34,893 nucleotides of DNA from Verrucomicrobiota bacterium. Its GTDB lineage: Bacteria > Verrucomicrobiota > Verrucomicrobiia > Limisphaerales > CANJSG01. A program made the translations under genes and the position numbers. The first letter of the stretch is position 1. Each line of letters opens with the position of its first letter. Of this stretch, positions 25,598 through 33,719 are shown piece by piece. Under the pieces are notes generated by a model. That model made no database searches and was not told the DNA's origin. It was given only the letters and a program-made list of their open reading frames with translations. The stretch covers positions 1-34,893 of the forward strand of contig JBBQXJ010000051.1 of the NCBI GenBank assembly GCA_038209745.1, given 5' to 3'.

Positions 25598-25616
25598 AAC
25601 GACCTTAATTGAAGAT

Positions 25617-25718
25617 ATGACACCCCACATCGAGAAGCACTTCTCGGCGGGCAACGCTTTCGAGGACATCGTCATCGGCATGTCGGACGGGTTGACCGTG
25701 CCGTTCGCCTTGGCGGCC
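25617..25718 (+). pseudogene. Duplicated 5' fragment (34 codons) of the VIT1/CCC1 gene
   Basis: 102 bp aligning without gaps to 26037-26138 with 7 mismatches by my count; homology ends abruptly at a palindromic element. Confidence 0.9.
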
Positions 25719-25720
25719 TT

Positions 25721-25899
25721 CAATCCGAAGGATTGGCAGGCGGTAGCCGGGGGTTGAGCGGAGCGCCCCCCGGAACACGGCCCCAACGGATCGCACCCTG
25801 GAAGGGTGCCAGATGCGTGGCGAACGGTGGAGGGGGGCGGAAACGGCGCTTCGCTGGTTTCCTTCGGAAGAATGGGCTGCGCGGCATCGCAGCCCCACC
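25721..25899. repeat. Cluster of REP-like hairpins
   Basis: CAATCC-gaa-GGATTG, GTAG-CCGGGGG..CCCCCGG, GCACCCT-gga-AGGGTGC, then GGGCTGCG..CGCAGCCC-cacc. Confidence 0.65.
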
Positions 25900-26036
25900 G
25901 GAAGGGCTTCTGCGAACGGGTTTGTCCGCGATTGAAACGACGCGCGCTGGATATTCCACGCCCCACTCGTTAGTCTGAAAGGCCGACCGTTTTTCAACTG
26001 CGTCGTTCCAGATCAGACACTCTCCAAACAATTTCC

Positions 26037-26726
26037 ATGACACCCCACATCGAGAAGCACTTCACGGCGGGCGACGCCGTCCGGGACATCGTCATCGGCA
26101 TGTCGGACGGGTTGACCGTGCCGTTCGCCCTGGCGGCCGGGTTGACGGGGGCGATATCGCAGACGCACCTGATCGTGACGGCGGGGTTCGCCGAGATCGC
26201 GGCGGGTTGTATCGCGATGGGTCTCGGCGGCTATTTGGCGGCGCGCGGCGATGCGGAGCACTACGCCCACGAACAGGCGCAGGAAGAACGGGAGATCGGG
26301 AGCATCCCGGAGGCGGAGGCGCAGGAGGTGCGCGACATCTTCGTGACCTACGGCCTCTCCGCCGAGGAATGCGCCACGGTGGTCGAGTCGTTGCGGCGCC
26401 GGCCCAAGGACTGGGTGGCCTTCATGATGCGGTTCGAGCTGGGTCTGGAACGGCCGGAGCCCGGACGCGCGTGGAAGAGCGCGTTGACCATCGCGCTGGC
26501 CTACATCGTGGGCGGCGTGATCCCGCTCAGCGCCTATCTGATCCTGCCGGACGTACACAGCGCGTTGAAGCTGTCCGCGACGGTCACATTGGCGGCGCTG
26601 GCGGTCTTCGGCGCGATCAAGGGTCGTTTCACTGGCGTGTCGGTAATCCGCAGCGCTCTCCAGACGACGGTCATTGGTGGGCTGGCGGCGGCGGCGGCGT
26701 TTGGGATTGCTCGGTGGATTAGTTGA
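26037..26726 (+). CDS. VIT1/CCC1 family Fe2+/Mn2+ transporter
   Basis: RDIVIGMSDGLTVPFAL, AG.IAMG.GGYLA, acidic cytoplasmic domain, MM.FELGLE, GG.IPL. Confidence 0.93.
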   Translation: MTPHIEKHFTAGDAVRDIVIGMSDGLTVPFALAAGLTGAISQTHLIVTAGFAEIAAGCIAMGLGGYLAARGDAEHYAHEQAQEEREIGSIPEAEAQEVRDIFVTYGLSAEECATVVESLRRRPKDWVAFMMRFELGLERPEPGRAWKSALTIALAYIVGGVIPLSAYLILPDVHSALKLSATVTLAALAVFGAIKGRFTGVSVIRSALQTTVIGGLAAAAAFGIARWIS

Positions 26727-26759
26727 GCGCAGCAGGAGCGGGCGTGCCTTCAGACCCTT

Positions 26760-26913
26760 GGTAGGGAAGGCTGGTCCCGCCTTTCCCGCTTGGAGCGGAG
26801 CGAGTTGAGCGGAGCGATCATTTCGGAAGAAGGAGAGCTTCTTCGAAGAAACTCCCTTCGCTCGCACGGCTCCGTGGCAGCAGAGGGGGACGTTTCGGCG
26901 AAACGTCCCTACC
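26760..26913. repeat. GTAG-type REP doublet
   Basis: GGTAGGGA.. left arm with a GGGAAGG/CTTTCCC hairpin; right arm GGGACGTTTC-ggc-GAAACGTCCC-TACC. Inverted GTAG ends. Confidence 0.72.
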
Positions 26914-27269
26914 GTTGGATAGCCGCCTGTCTTGGTCCTGCGACTCTGTGATCCACGGAGGACGGCCCTGACAGAATCCATTGGAAATTGCAGAGTTGAA
27001 GATCTGTTTTTGCGTTCCAAACGAGCGCATGAAAATTACCCAAGGGGGTTCCGTTCCGACCTGAATCTGTTTCACCGTCGTGGCGTTCGGCCATCGCGGA
27101 GCCCTTCTCGGGCTCTTGCAGCCTTGGATTCGCCGGAGCGGGAGCGGGGGATCCATGGCCCTCCAGCGGAGGCGGGGCCGGAGGATCCCTTCATCAAACG
27201 CAGAGTCTGACCTTCTGATCGCCCTTGCTCGCGTTGGACACCGAACGGGTCGATGGGTAGCATCCGGCC

Positions 27270-28319
27270 ATGCTTTTTCGTCTCCTCGCGGTGCTGTTCG
27301 CCGGCGTCCTTTCGGCCGGGGCCGCGCAATTGAACCTCGACTGGTCCGGCTTCGCCCTTGGCCAGTCTCCGACGGGCTACGTCAGCGTCGTTTCCGGCGA
27401 AGGCCAACCGGGTGACTGGCGCATCGTGATGGACGACGTTCCGAGCGGCGCGAAGAGCTTCAATTCCGAGGCGAGCGTTCCACGCCGGGCCGTGCTGGCC
27501 CAAACCGCTGGCAACCTGACCGACGAACATTTTCCGGCGTTGATCTATCAGGGCGAGACGTTCGCCGACTTCACCCTGAAGACCCGCTTCAAGCTGGTGT
27601 CCGGCGTGGTGGAGAAGATGGCCGGCATCGTCTTCCGCTATCAGGATCCTAAGAACTACTACGTCATCCGCGCCAGTGGTCCTGGAAACAACCTCCGCTT
27701 CTACAAGTTCGTGGACGGTCAGCGCACGCCGCCCATCGGCCCCGACGTGCCCGTCAGCATCGGGGAATGGCACGAGATGGAGGTCACCTGCGAAGGCAAC
27801 CGCATCCGCGCCTCCCTCGACGGCAAGTCCGTGATGCCCGAGCTGACCGACAACTCGTTCGCCTTCGGCAAGGTCGGCTTCTGGACCAAGTCCGATTCGA
27901 TCAGCCATTTCGTCGACACCGTCATCACCTACAAGCCGCGTGAATCCGCCGCCGCCGTGGCCGCGCGCGATCTCGTGTCGGGCAGCAAGCTCGTGCTTCA
28001 CGTGAAACTCTATCGGTTCAGGAAGGGCGACACCAACGCCGTGGCTCTGGTCGCCAGCGACGACCCGAAGGAAGTGGGGCAACTCGGCGGCAAGTCCGAA
28101 GCGGACACCCTGTTGCGCGGCAACGTCTACTACGCCAAGGGCAACGACCGGGTGGAGCTCATCCTCCCGATCCGCGACAACAACGGCGAGGTGTTGGCCG
28201 CCGCGCGGATCACAATGACGACCTTCGCCGGCCAGACGGAAAACAATGCCATGGCCCGCGTCGCTCCCGTTCGCCAGGAACTCGAGCTTCGGCTGAGATC
28301 GGTCGAGGACTGGGAGTAA
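27270..28319 (+). CDS. Secreted DUF1080 (3-keto-disaccharide hydrolase/ConA-like) domain protein with an extra C-terminal domain
   Basis: Signal peptide; DFTL..RFK...G...AGIVFRYQD..NYY, WH.MEV.C.GNRI...LDG, D..F..GKVGFW. Confidence 0.75.
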   Translation: MLFRLLAVLFAGVLSAGAAQLNLDWSGFALGQSPTGYVSVVSGEGQPGDWRIVMDDVPSGAKSFNSEASVPRRAVLAQTAGNLTDEHFPALIYQGETFADFTLKTRFKLVSGVVEKMAGIVFRYQDPKNYYVIRASGPGNNLRFYKFVDGQRTPPIGPDVPVSIGEWHEMEVTCEGNRIRASLDGKSVMPELTDNSFAFGKVGFWTKSDSISHFVDTVITYKPRESAAAVAARDLVSGSKLVLHVKLYRFRKGDTNAVALVASDDPKEVGQLGGKSEADTLLRGNVYYAKGNDRVELILPIRDNNGEVLAAARITMTTFAGQTENNAMARVAPVRQELELRLRSVEDWE

Positions 28320-28332
28320 CGAAGGACTGGAG

Positions 28333-30054
28333 TCACCCTTCGCGGAACCGCTGGGCGATGGGCATGCGGCGGCCGACGCCGAAGGCCTTGCTGGTCACCT
28401 TCAATCCGGGCGCGGACTGGCGGCGCTTGTATTCGTTCAGATCGATCAGGCGGATGACGCGGCGGACGTCGGCTTCGGGGAAACCCATCTTCAGGATCGC
28501 CTCGAGCGAACGCTGCTGGACGACGTAGGCGTTGAGGATGGCGTCGAGCACGTCGTAGGGCGGCAGGGAATCCTGGTCCTTCTGGTCGGGCCGCAGTTCG
28601 GCGCTGGGCGGCTTGGTGAGGGTGGAGGCGGGGATGGTCTCGCGGTCGCGGTTGATCCACTGGGCTAGCCGATAGACCCTTGTCTTGGGCACGTCGTTGA
28701 TCACGGCGAGGCCGCCGCACATGTCGCCGTAGAGCGTGCAGTAGCCGACGGCCAGTTCCGACTTGTTACCGGTGGTCAGGAGGAGGGAGCCGAACTTGTT
28801 CGACATCGCCATCAGGATCACCCCGCGCAGCCGGGCCTGGATGTTCTCCTCGGTGGTGTCTTCGCCGAGCCCGGTGAACAGGTCCTTGAGCTGGGTTCGG
28901 ACGGCGGCGAACGGGAGTTGGATCGGAACGACGTCGTAGCGGATGCCGAGATTCGCGGCGAGGACGCGGGCGTCATCGAGGCTGTGCTGGGAGCTGAACT
29001 CCGACGGCAGGGCCAATCCGCGGACGTTGTCCGCACCGAGCGCCTCGGCCGCGATGCAGGCAACCACCGCGGAGTCGATGCCGCCGCTGAGGCCGATCAC
29101 GGCGGACTTGAAGCCGCACTTGTGGAGGTAGTCGCGCAGGCCCAGGACGAGGGCGCGGTGGAGGAGGTCTTCGTCTGCGCCGAAGGCCGGGCATTCCTGC
29201 CCGGCGGGTTGAAAGGCGGGAGGAGGATTCGATTCGACGCTGGCGGGAACAGGCGAAGAAACTTGCGGGGCAGAGATGCCCGGCCTACGGACCGGCACAT
29301 CCACCAGCAGGAAGTCCTCCTCGAACGACTTGCCCTTGGCCAAGAGTTCCCCATCCGCCCCGACGACCATGCTGTCGCCGTCGAAGACCAGTTCGTCGTT
29401 TCCGCCGACGAGGTTGCAGTAGACCACGGGCCGCTTCGCTTTGATGGCGAGGCTGCGAAGCATGTCGAAACGGGTCTTCTCCTTCCCCAGGCTCCAGGGC
29501 GAGGCGGAGACGTTGAGCAGGATCTCCGCGCCGGCATTGACGAGATCCATCGGCGGATTACGACGATAGAGCCGCTCCGGCCAGAAGTCCTCGTCGTTCC
29601 ACATGTCCTCACAAATGGTCAAACCGAGGGACACGCCTTCTAAAGCAACGGGTGCGTTTTCGGTGGCAGGCTCGAAGTAGCGGTCCTCGTCGAAGACGTC
29701 GTAGGTGGGGAGCAGCGTCTTGGTGCGCGTGGCGATGATCCGGCCGTGCTGGAGCAGCGCGACGGCGTTGGTCAGGTCGCGGCCGGGTTCCGCGGTGTGG
29801 TCGCCCACATAGCCGACGAGCAGTCCGGTTCGGCCGGTCTTGGCGGCGAGCCGTTCCAGAACGGCGAGATTCTGCGAGACGAAATGGGGCTTGAGCAGGA
29901 GGTCGCGCGGAGGGTAGCCGGTGATGGCGAGTTCGGGCGTGAGCAGCAGTTCGGCGCCCGCCGCGACCGCCCGCGCATAGGCGGCGAGGATCTTGGCCTC
30001 GTTGCCGGGGAGATCTCCGACGGTGGTGTTGATCTGCGCGAGGGCGATCTTCAT
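28333..30054 (-). CDS. nadE: Glutamine-dependent NAD+ synthetase
   Basis: Nitrilase domain MKIALAQIN, PEL.ITGY, K..LP.Y..FDE.RYF, ICED.W; synthetase GLSGGIDS, ENIQAR.RG, TGNKSE.AVGY.TLYGD, PSAEL, EYKRRQ. Confidence 0.97.
   Translation of the reverse strand: MKIALAQINTTVGDLPGNEAKILAAYARAVAAGAELLLTPELAITGYPPRDLLLKPHFVSQNLAVLERLAAKTGRTGLLVGYVGDHTAEPGRDLTNAVALLQHGRIIATRTKTLLPTYDVFDEDRYFEPATENAPVALEGVSLGLTICEDMWNDEDFWPERLYRRNPPMDLVNAGAEILLNVSASPWSLGKEKTRFDMLRSLAIKAKRPVVYCNLVGGNDELVFDGDSMVVGADGELLAKGKSFEEDFLLVDVPVRRPGISAPQVSSPVPASVESNPPPAFQPAGQECPAFGADEDLLHRALVLGLRDYLHKCGFKSAVIGLSGGIDSAVVACIAAEALGADNVRGLALPSEFSSQHSLDDARVLAANLGIRYDVVPIQLPFAAVRTQLKDLFTGLGEDTTEENIQARLRGVILMAMSNKFGSLLLTTGNKSELAVGYCTLYGDMCGGLAVINDVPKTRVYRLAQWINRDRETIPASTLTKPPSAELRPDQKDQDSLPPYDVLDAILNAYVVQQRSLEAILKMGFPEADVRRVIRLIDLNEYKRRQSAPGLKVTSKAFGVGRRMPIAQRFREG
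29182..29288. repeat. GTAG-type REP doublet inserted in-frame in the nadE interdomain linker
   Basis: GAAGGCCGGGCATTCCTGCCCGGC (29182-29205) and GCGGGGCAGAGATGCCCGGCCTAC (29265-29288, reverse complement GTAGGCCGGGCATCTCTGCCCCGC). Confidence 0.8.
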
Positions 30055-30064
30055 GGAAGCGGCC

Positions 30065-30595
30065 TCAACGGACCAGTGGAAGCAACTCACGCAGAGTGCC
30101 GCGCTCGGTGCGGACCACCGCGCCGGTCGAAACGCCGTTGGCCTTGAACCAGCCGTTGGTCACTTCGAGGACGTATTGCACGCGGTTACCCGAGGAATAC
30201 ACGCTGTTGGTGTCGAATGGCTTGAGCGGGACGATATCCTCGATGACGCCCTCGGTGTTGATGTAGGCGGCGGAAAGGTGGAGCGAGGTGTTCTTCATCC
30301 AGAAGCTGAGCTGCGACGCCTGCGGGAAGACGAAGAGCATGCCGGCGGTGGGCGGGAAGTTGGTCCGATACATCATGCCGGTCATGCGGGTCGTATCGTC
30401 GAGGCAAAGCTCGGCGTCCAGTTCCGCCGTGCCGAGATACAGCTTCATGGTTTGGAGCTTTGGCTGGGCTTGCTTCGGCAGGAAGTCGTCGATCGACATT
30501 GGCGCGGCGGTCGGCGACGGAGCCGCAGCCTGCGGTTTGTCGCAGGCGGTCAAGAACAGGGCGCCGAGGGCGGCCACGGAACAAAGCCATTTCAT
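30065..30595 (-). CDS. DUF192 domain lipoprotein
   Basis: Lipobox-like LTAC; GMMYR.....GMLFVF......FWMKNT, YVLEV..GWF motifs. Start ATG 30595. Confidence 0.9.
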   Translation of the reverse strand: MKWLCSVAALGALFLTACDKPQAAAPSPTAAPMSIDDFLPKQAQPKLQTMKLYLGTAELDAELCLDDTTRMTGMMYRTNFPPTAGMLFVFPQASQLSFWMKNTSLHLSAAYINTEGVIEDIVPLKPFDTNSVYSSGNRVQYVLEVTNGWFKANGVSTGAVVRTERGTLRELLPLVR

Positions 30596-30631
30596 ATCGG
30601 CAAAGTGTCGGGTTCGGGCGGCGGTTTTCAA
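30596..30631 (-). promoter_or_regulatory. Putative sigma70 leaderless promoter of DUF192-nadE
   Basis: Minus strand TTGAAA-N18-CACTTT-N6-ATG. Confidence 0.5.
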
Positions 30632-30672
30632 CGGTGAAGGGACGTGAAATGGCGGCGAAGTCCTGTTCGCCG

Positions 30673-32148
30673 CTACGGCTTCAGGGAACTCGCGGCCGCT
30701 TGGAACACCTGCCGGATCGAAACACCCTTGCCCTCCGCCACCTTCCGGCACGCTTCGAATTCCGGCGCGGCGTGGACGATCTCGCCGTTGAGCAGGGCCA
30801 GCTTGACGGTCACGGGACCGAACTCGGTCGGGACCTCGCGGAACTCGCGCTTCAGTTTGCGGCGTTCACAGACACTGCGACGGACCCCGAACGCCGTCGT
30901 TTCGCGGAGCAACTGTTCGGTGAAGCGGTCGGCCTCGGCTTCGGCGCAGAGGACGGTCAAGAGGACGCCCGAGCGGCCTTTCTTCATTTGCACCGGCGTC
31001 TGGAAGACATCGAGCGCGCCGGCGGCCAATAGCCGTTCGGCGGCGTGGGCCAGCAGTTCGGGGCTCTGGTCGTCGATGTTCGTCTCCAGCACGGCGACGC
31101 GGTCCGTCTCCCAGTCGTTTCCTTGAGCGTGGGTTGTGGGTTGTGGGTTGTGGGTTGTTTCTCCGACGACTTGCCCAAGCACCGCCCGCAACACATTGGG
31201 CCGCGTGTGGTTGTCGCGGGTGCCGAGTCCGTAGCCGATCTTGGTGGCGACGAGACCGGTCATGGGTCCGAAGCGCTCGACGAACTCCGCCAAGAGCGCC
31301 GCGCCGGTAGGGGTGACGAGTTCGTGCGGTTCCTCGCATTGGGTGAGGGCGATGCCGCGCGCCCCGAGGATCTCCAGCGTGGCCGTGGTCGGGACGGGGA
31401 AGCGGCCGTGGTCACAGTTCACCCAGCCGGTGCCTTCGACGACGGACGCGGCGAGCACGCGAGGTTTGCCCAACAGTTCGAGCGCGATGCAGGCGCCGAC
31501 GATGTCCACGATGGAATCGACCGCGCCGACTTCGTGGAAGTGGACTTCCTCCGGAGGCTTGCCATGGACCTTGCCCTCCGCCACGGCCACGCGCTGGAAA
31601 ACGGCAATGGACTTCGCCTTCACCCAGTCCGACAGGCCGCTCTCTTCGATCATCGCGCGGATGTCCGAGAAGTTCCGGCCGTGATGTTCGTGGCCATGAT
31701 CTCCGTGTTCCTGGTGCGAGTGGCTGTGTTCTTGGCCGTGATCATGGGAATGCTCCCCAGGTCCGTGGTCGTCGCGGCTGTGTTCGTGGCTGTGGCTGTG
31801 GGAATGTTCGTGTTCGTGCGTCGCTGGTAGGACGGGCTTCTTGAAACCAATCGCCTCGGCGGCGGGCTCTTCGTGGTGATGATGCCCGTGCTCCCCATGT
31901 TCATGGCTGTGCCCGTGATCGTGATCCTCGTGGGAATGGCCGTCGTGGTCATGCTCCAGATGCACGTCGAACTTCACGCCGGAGATGCCGGACTTTTCCC
32001 CGCGTTTCTGGTGGAGATGATAGCCGTGGAGATGGAGCTTCCGCAGTTCGGTCTCCAGCCGGGAGAAGTCGACGCCGAGATCGAGCATCGCGCCGAGGAA
32101 CATGTCGCCGCTGATGCCGCTGAAGATGTCGAGGTAGAGGGTGTTCAT
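30673..32148 (-). CDS. larC: Nickel pincer cofactor biosynthesis protein LarC (nickel insertase)
   Basis: YLD.FSGISGDMFLGA, His-rich tract, VHFHEVGAVDSIVDIVG, ELVTPTGAA, ETNIDD, MKKGRSG, ETTAFGVR, PEFE.C. Confidence 0.96.
   Translation of the reverse strand: MNTLYLDIFSGISGDMFLGAMLDLGVDFSRLETELRKLHLHGYHLHQKRGEKSGISGVKFDVHLEHDHDGHSHEDHDHGHSHEHGEHGHHHHEEPAAEAIGFKKPVLPATHEHEHSHSHSHEHSRDDHGPGEHSHDHGQEHSHSHQEHGDHGHEHHGRNFSDIRAMIEESGLSDWVKAKSIAVFQRVAVAEGKVHGKPPEEVHFHEVGAVDSIVDIVGACIALELLGKPRVLAASVVEGTGWVNCDHGRFPVPTTATLEILGARGIALTQCEEPHELVTPTGAALLAEFVERFGPMTGLVATKIGYGLGTRDNHTRPNVLRAVLGQVVGETTHNPQPTTHAQGNDWETDRVAVLETNIDDQSPELLAHAAERLLAAGALDVFQTPVQMKKGRSGVLLTVLCAEAEADRFTEQLLRETTAFGVRRSVCERRKLKREFREVPTEFGPVTVKLALLNGEIVHAAPEFEACRKVAEGKGVSIRQVFQAAASSLKP
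31129..31158. repeat. (GTGGGTT)4 heptamer tandem repeat inside larC
   Basis: Four perfect copies plus GT; encodes TTHNPQPTTH on the minus strand. Confidence 0.95.
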
Positions 32149-32903
32149 TGGGACGAAACGAGCGCGTTGATCTGGCTGGCGGCGTAGCCGGCGCCGAAGC
32201 CGTTGTCGATGTTCACCACGGTCACGCCGCTGCTGCAGGAGTTCAGCATGGACAGCAGGGCCGCGACGCCGCCGAAACTGGTGCCGTAGCCGGTGCTGGT
32301 CGGCACGCCGATGAGCGGGCGGCGGATCAGCCCCGACAAGACGCTCGGCAGCGCCGCCTCCATGCCCGCGACCGCGATGACCACGTGGGCCGACTGGATG
32401 GCGTCCAGTTTCGCGAGCAAGCGGTGCAGACCGGCGACGCCCACGTCGTAGATCCGCTCCACGGTGTTGCCCATGATCTCGGCGGTGACGGCGGCCTCCT
32501 CCGCGACGGGCAGATCGCTCGTGCCGGCGCAGACGATGGCGATGGCGCCGGGCCGCTTTTGCAAGGCCGGACGCTCGACCGTCAGACAGCGGGCGGCTTC
32601 ATGATGGACCGCCTCGGGAAACGCGGCATGGAACACGGCCGCGTGCTCGGGGGTGATGCGCGTGACCAGGACGCAGGTGTCGCGCTCCAGGATCTGGCGG
32701 GCGATCGCGACGCACTGGTCGGGCGTCTTGCCCGCGCCGAAGATCACCTCGGGGAAGCCCTTCCGCAGTCCGCGATGCGTGTCCACGTTGGCGAAGCCGA
32801 GATCGACCAGGGGCGCGGCCTGGAACGATTTGAGCACCGTGTCGAGGGGCACGGTGCCGGCGCGGAACTGTTCGAGCAGGGCGATGGCGTCAGCGGTGAG
32901 CAC
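32145..32903 (-). CDS. larB: Nickel pincer cofactor biosynthesis protein LarB (NaAD carboxylase/hydrolase, PurE-like)
   Basis: D.HR..RKGFPEVIFG.GKT, AGTSDLPVAEEA, DVGVAGLHRL, AGMEAALPS, PTS.GYG, LNSC..GV.VVNIDNGFGA. Overlaps larC by ATGA. Confidence 0.96.
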   Translation of the reverse strand: MLTADAIALLEQFRAGTVPLDTVLKSFQAAPLVDLGFANVDTHRGLRKGFPEVIFGAGKTPDQCVAIARQILERDTCVLVTRITPEHAAVFHAAFPEAVHHEAARCLTVERPALQKRPGAIAIVCAGTSDLPVAEEAAVTAEIMGNTVERIYDVGVAGLHRLLAKLDAIQSAHVVIAVAGMEAALPSVLSGLIRRPLIGVPTSTGYGTSFGGVAALLSMLNSCSSGVTVVNIDNGFGAGYAASQINALVSSQ

Positions 32904-32966
32904 GGCCGGAAAATGCCACGCCCTTCCTTGGTGTCACGGGCAAAGCCGGAAACGCCCCCGAAACGC

Positions 32967-33056
32967 TCAACCGGCCCGGGTCTTCAGCCGCACCCGGACC
33001 AGCAGGTCGTTCAAGGCCGCGCGTGTCGCCTCGTCCGGGTCAGCTGAAAGCGTCTT
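32967..33056 (-). pseudogene. Possible C-terminal gene remnant (nucleotidyltransferase-like)
   Basis: 29 codons KTLSADPDEATRAALNDLLVRVRLKTRAG* with coding-like GC3 bias in an otherwise intergenic gap. Family assignment is from memory only. Confidence 0.35.
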
Positions 33057-33692
33057 CTATCTTGGACCGGCCAGCTTCGGCACCAGTTCGTCGACGGAGT
33101 GGAACAACAGAGCGGGTCGTTCTGCGGCGAGCGTTTCGATCCGGTGTTGGCCCCAAGCGACGGCGCCAAAGTCCACTCCGGCGCCACGGGCTGCTTCGGC
33201 GTCCCGGACTTCGTCGCCCAGATAGATCGTCTCGGCGATTGAAACGTCGGCGCGACGCACCATGGCCCGGAGTTTGGCGGCTTTGCCGAAGAGGGCCGCA
33301 CCGCAATCCAGATGGAGAAACAGGGGCAAGAGCTCCGGGCCGATGACGCGGGCGACGTTGGCGCGGGAATTGGAACTGACGACCGCGAACTTCGTGCCTG
33401 CGTCGGCCAGGGATTTCAGCGCGGCTCCCATTCCCGGGTAGAGACGAAGGGGGCCGTCGTAGGCGGCCATTCGCCGACGCATCGCGACGAGCAGCGAGGG
33501 AACTTTCCACGGGGGAATTCCGAGCAGGCGAAGCAGGTCCCGCCCGTGGACGTCACGGCATTCCTCGAACTCCTCCGGCGTGAGTTTTCTGAAGCAGTGG
33601 GCCTCGGCCAGTTCGTTGAACACGCCGCGCATCCACGGAAGCGTGTCGGCCAGCGTGCCGTCGGAATCGAAGATGACGAGCCGGTAGTCCAC
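33057..33692 (-). CDS. HAD-family hydrolase (phosphoglycolate phosphatase-like)
   Basis: Motif I IFDSDGTLAD, motif II SSN, motif III K, motif IV YLGDEVRD, V.WG. Confidence 0.9.
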   Translation of the reverse strand: MDYRLVIFDSDGTLADTLPWMRGVFNELAEAHCFRKLTPEEFEECRDVHGRDLLRLLGIPPWKVPSLLVAMRRRMAAYDGPLRLYPGMGAALKSLADAGTKFAVVSSNSRANVARVIGPELLPLFLHLDCGAALFGKAAKLRAMVRRADVSIAETIYLGDEVRDAEAARGAGVDFGAVAWGQHRIETLAAERPALLFHSVDELVPKLAGPR

Positions 33693-33719
33693 TGTGTACG
33701 CAGGTGAAACGGACGGAGC

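Noticed and set aside
25900..26036. yybP-ykoY Mn riboswitch or Fur box upstream of VIT1
   Set aside because: Could not find the conserved riboswitch core or a convincing AT-rich Fur palindrome by eye; an Infernal scan would settle it.
25617..26138. VIT1 repeat pair as a DGR template/variable repeat (with the four-helix bundle as Avd)
   Set aside because: Mismatches are not adenine-specific on either strand, the repeat is at the 5' end of a transporter gene, and no reverse transcriptase is present.
31681..31962. Repetitive GTG/ATG-rich DNA as a CRISPR or tandem array
   Set aside because: Explained by His codons in larC; there is no repeat-spacer structure anywhere in the window.
32904..33056. 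NiCo riboswitch upstream of larB
   Set aside because: No four-way-junction pattern is evident; the region looks like a gene remnant plus a leaderless promoter.
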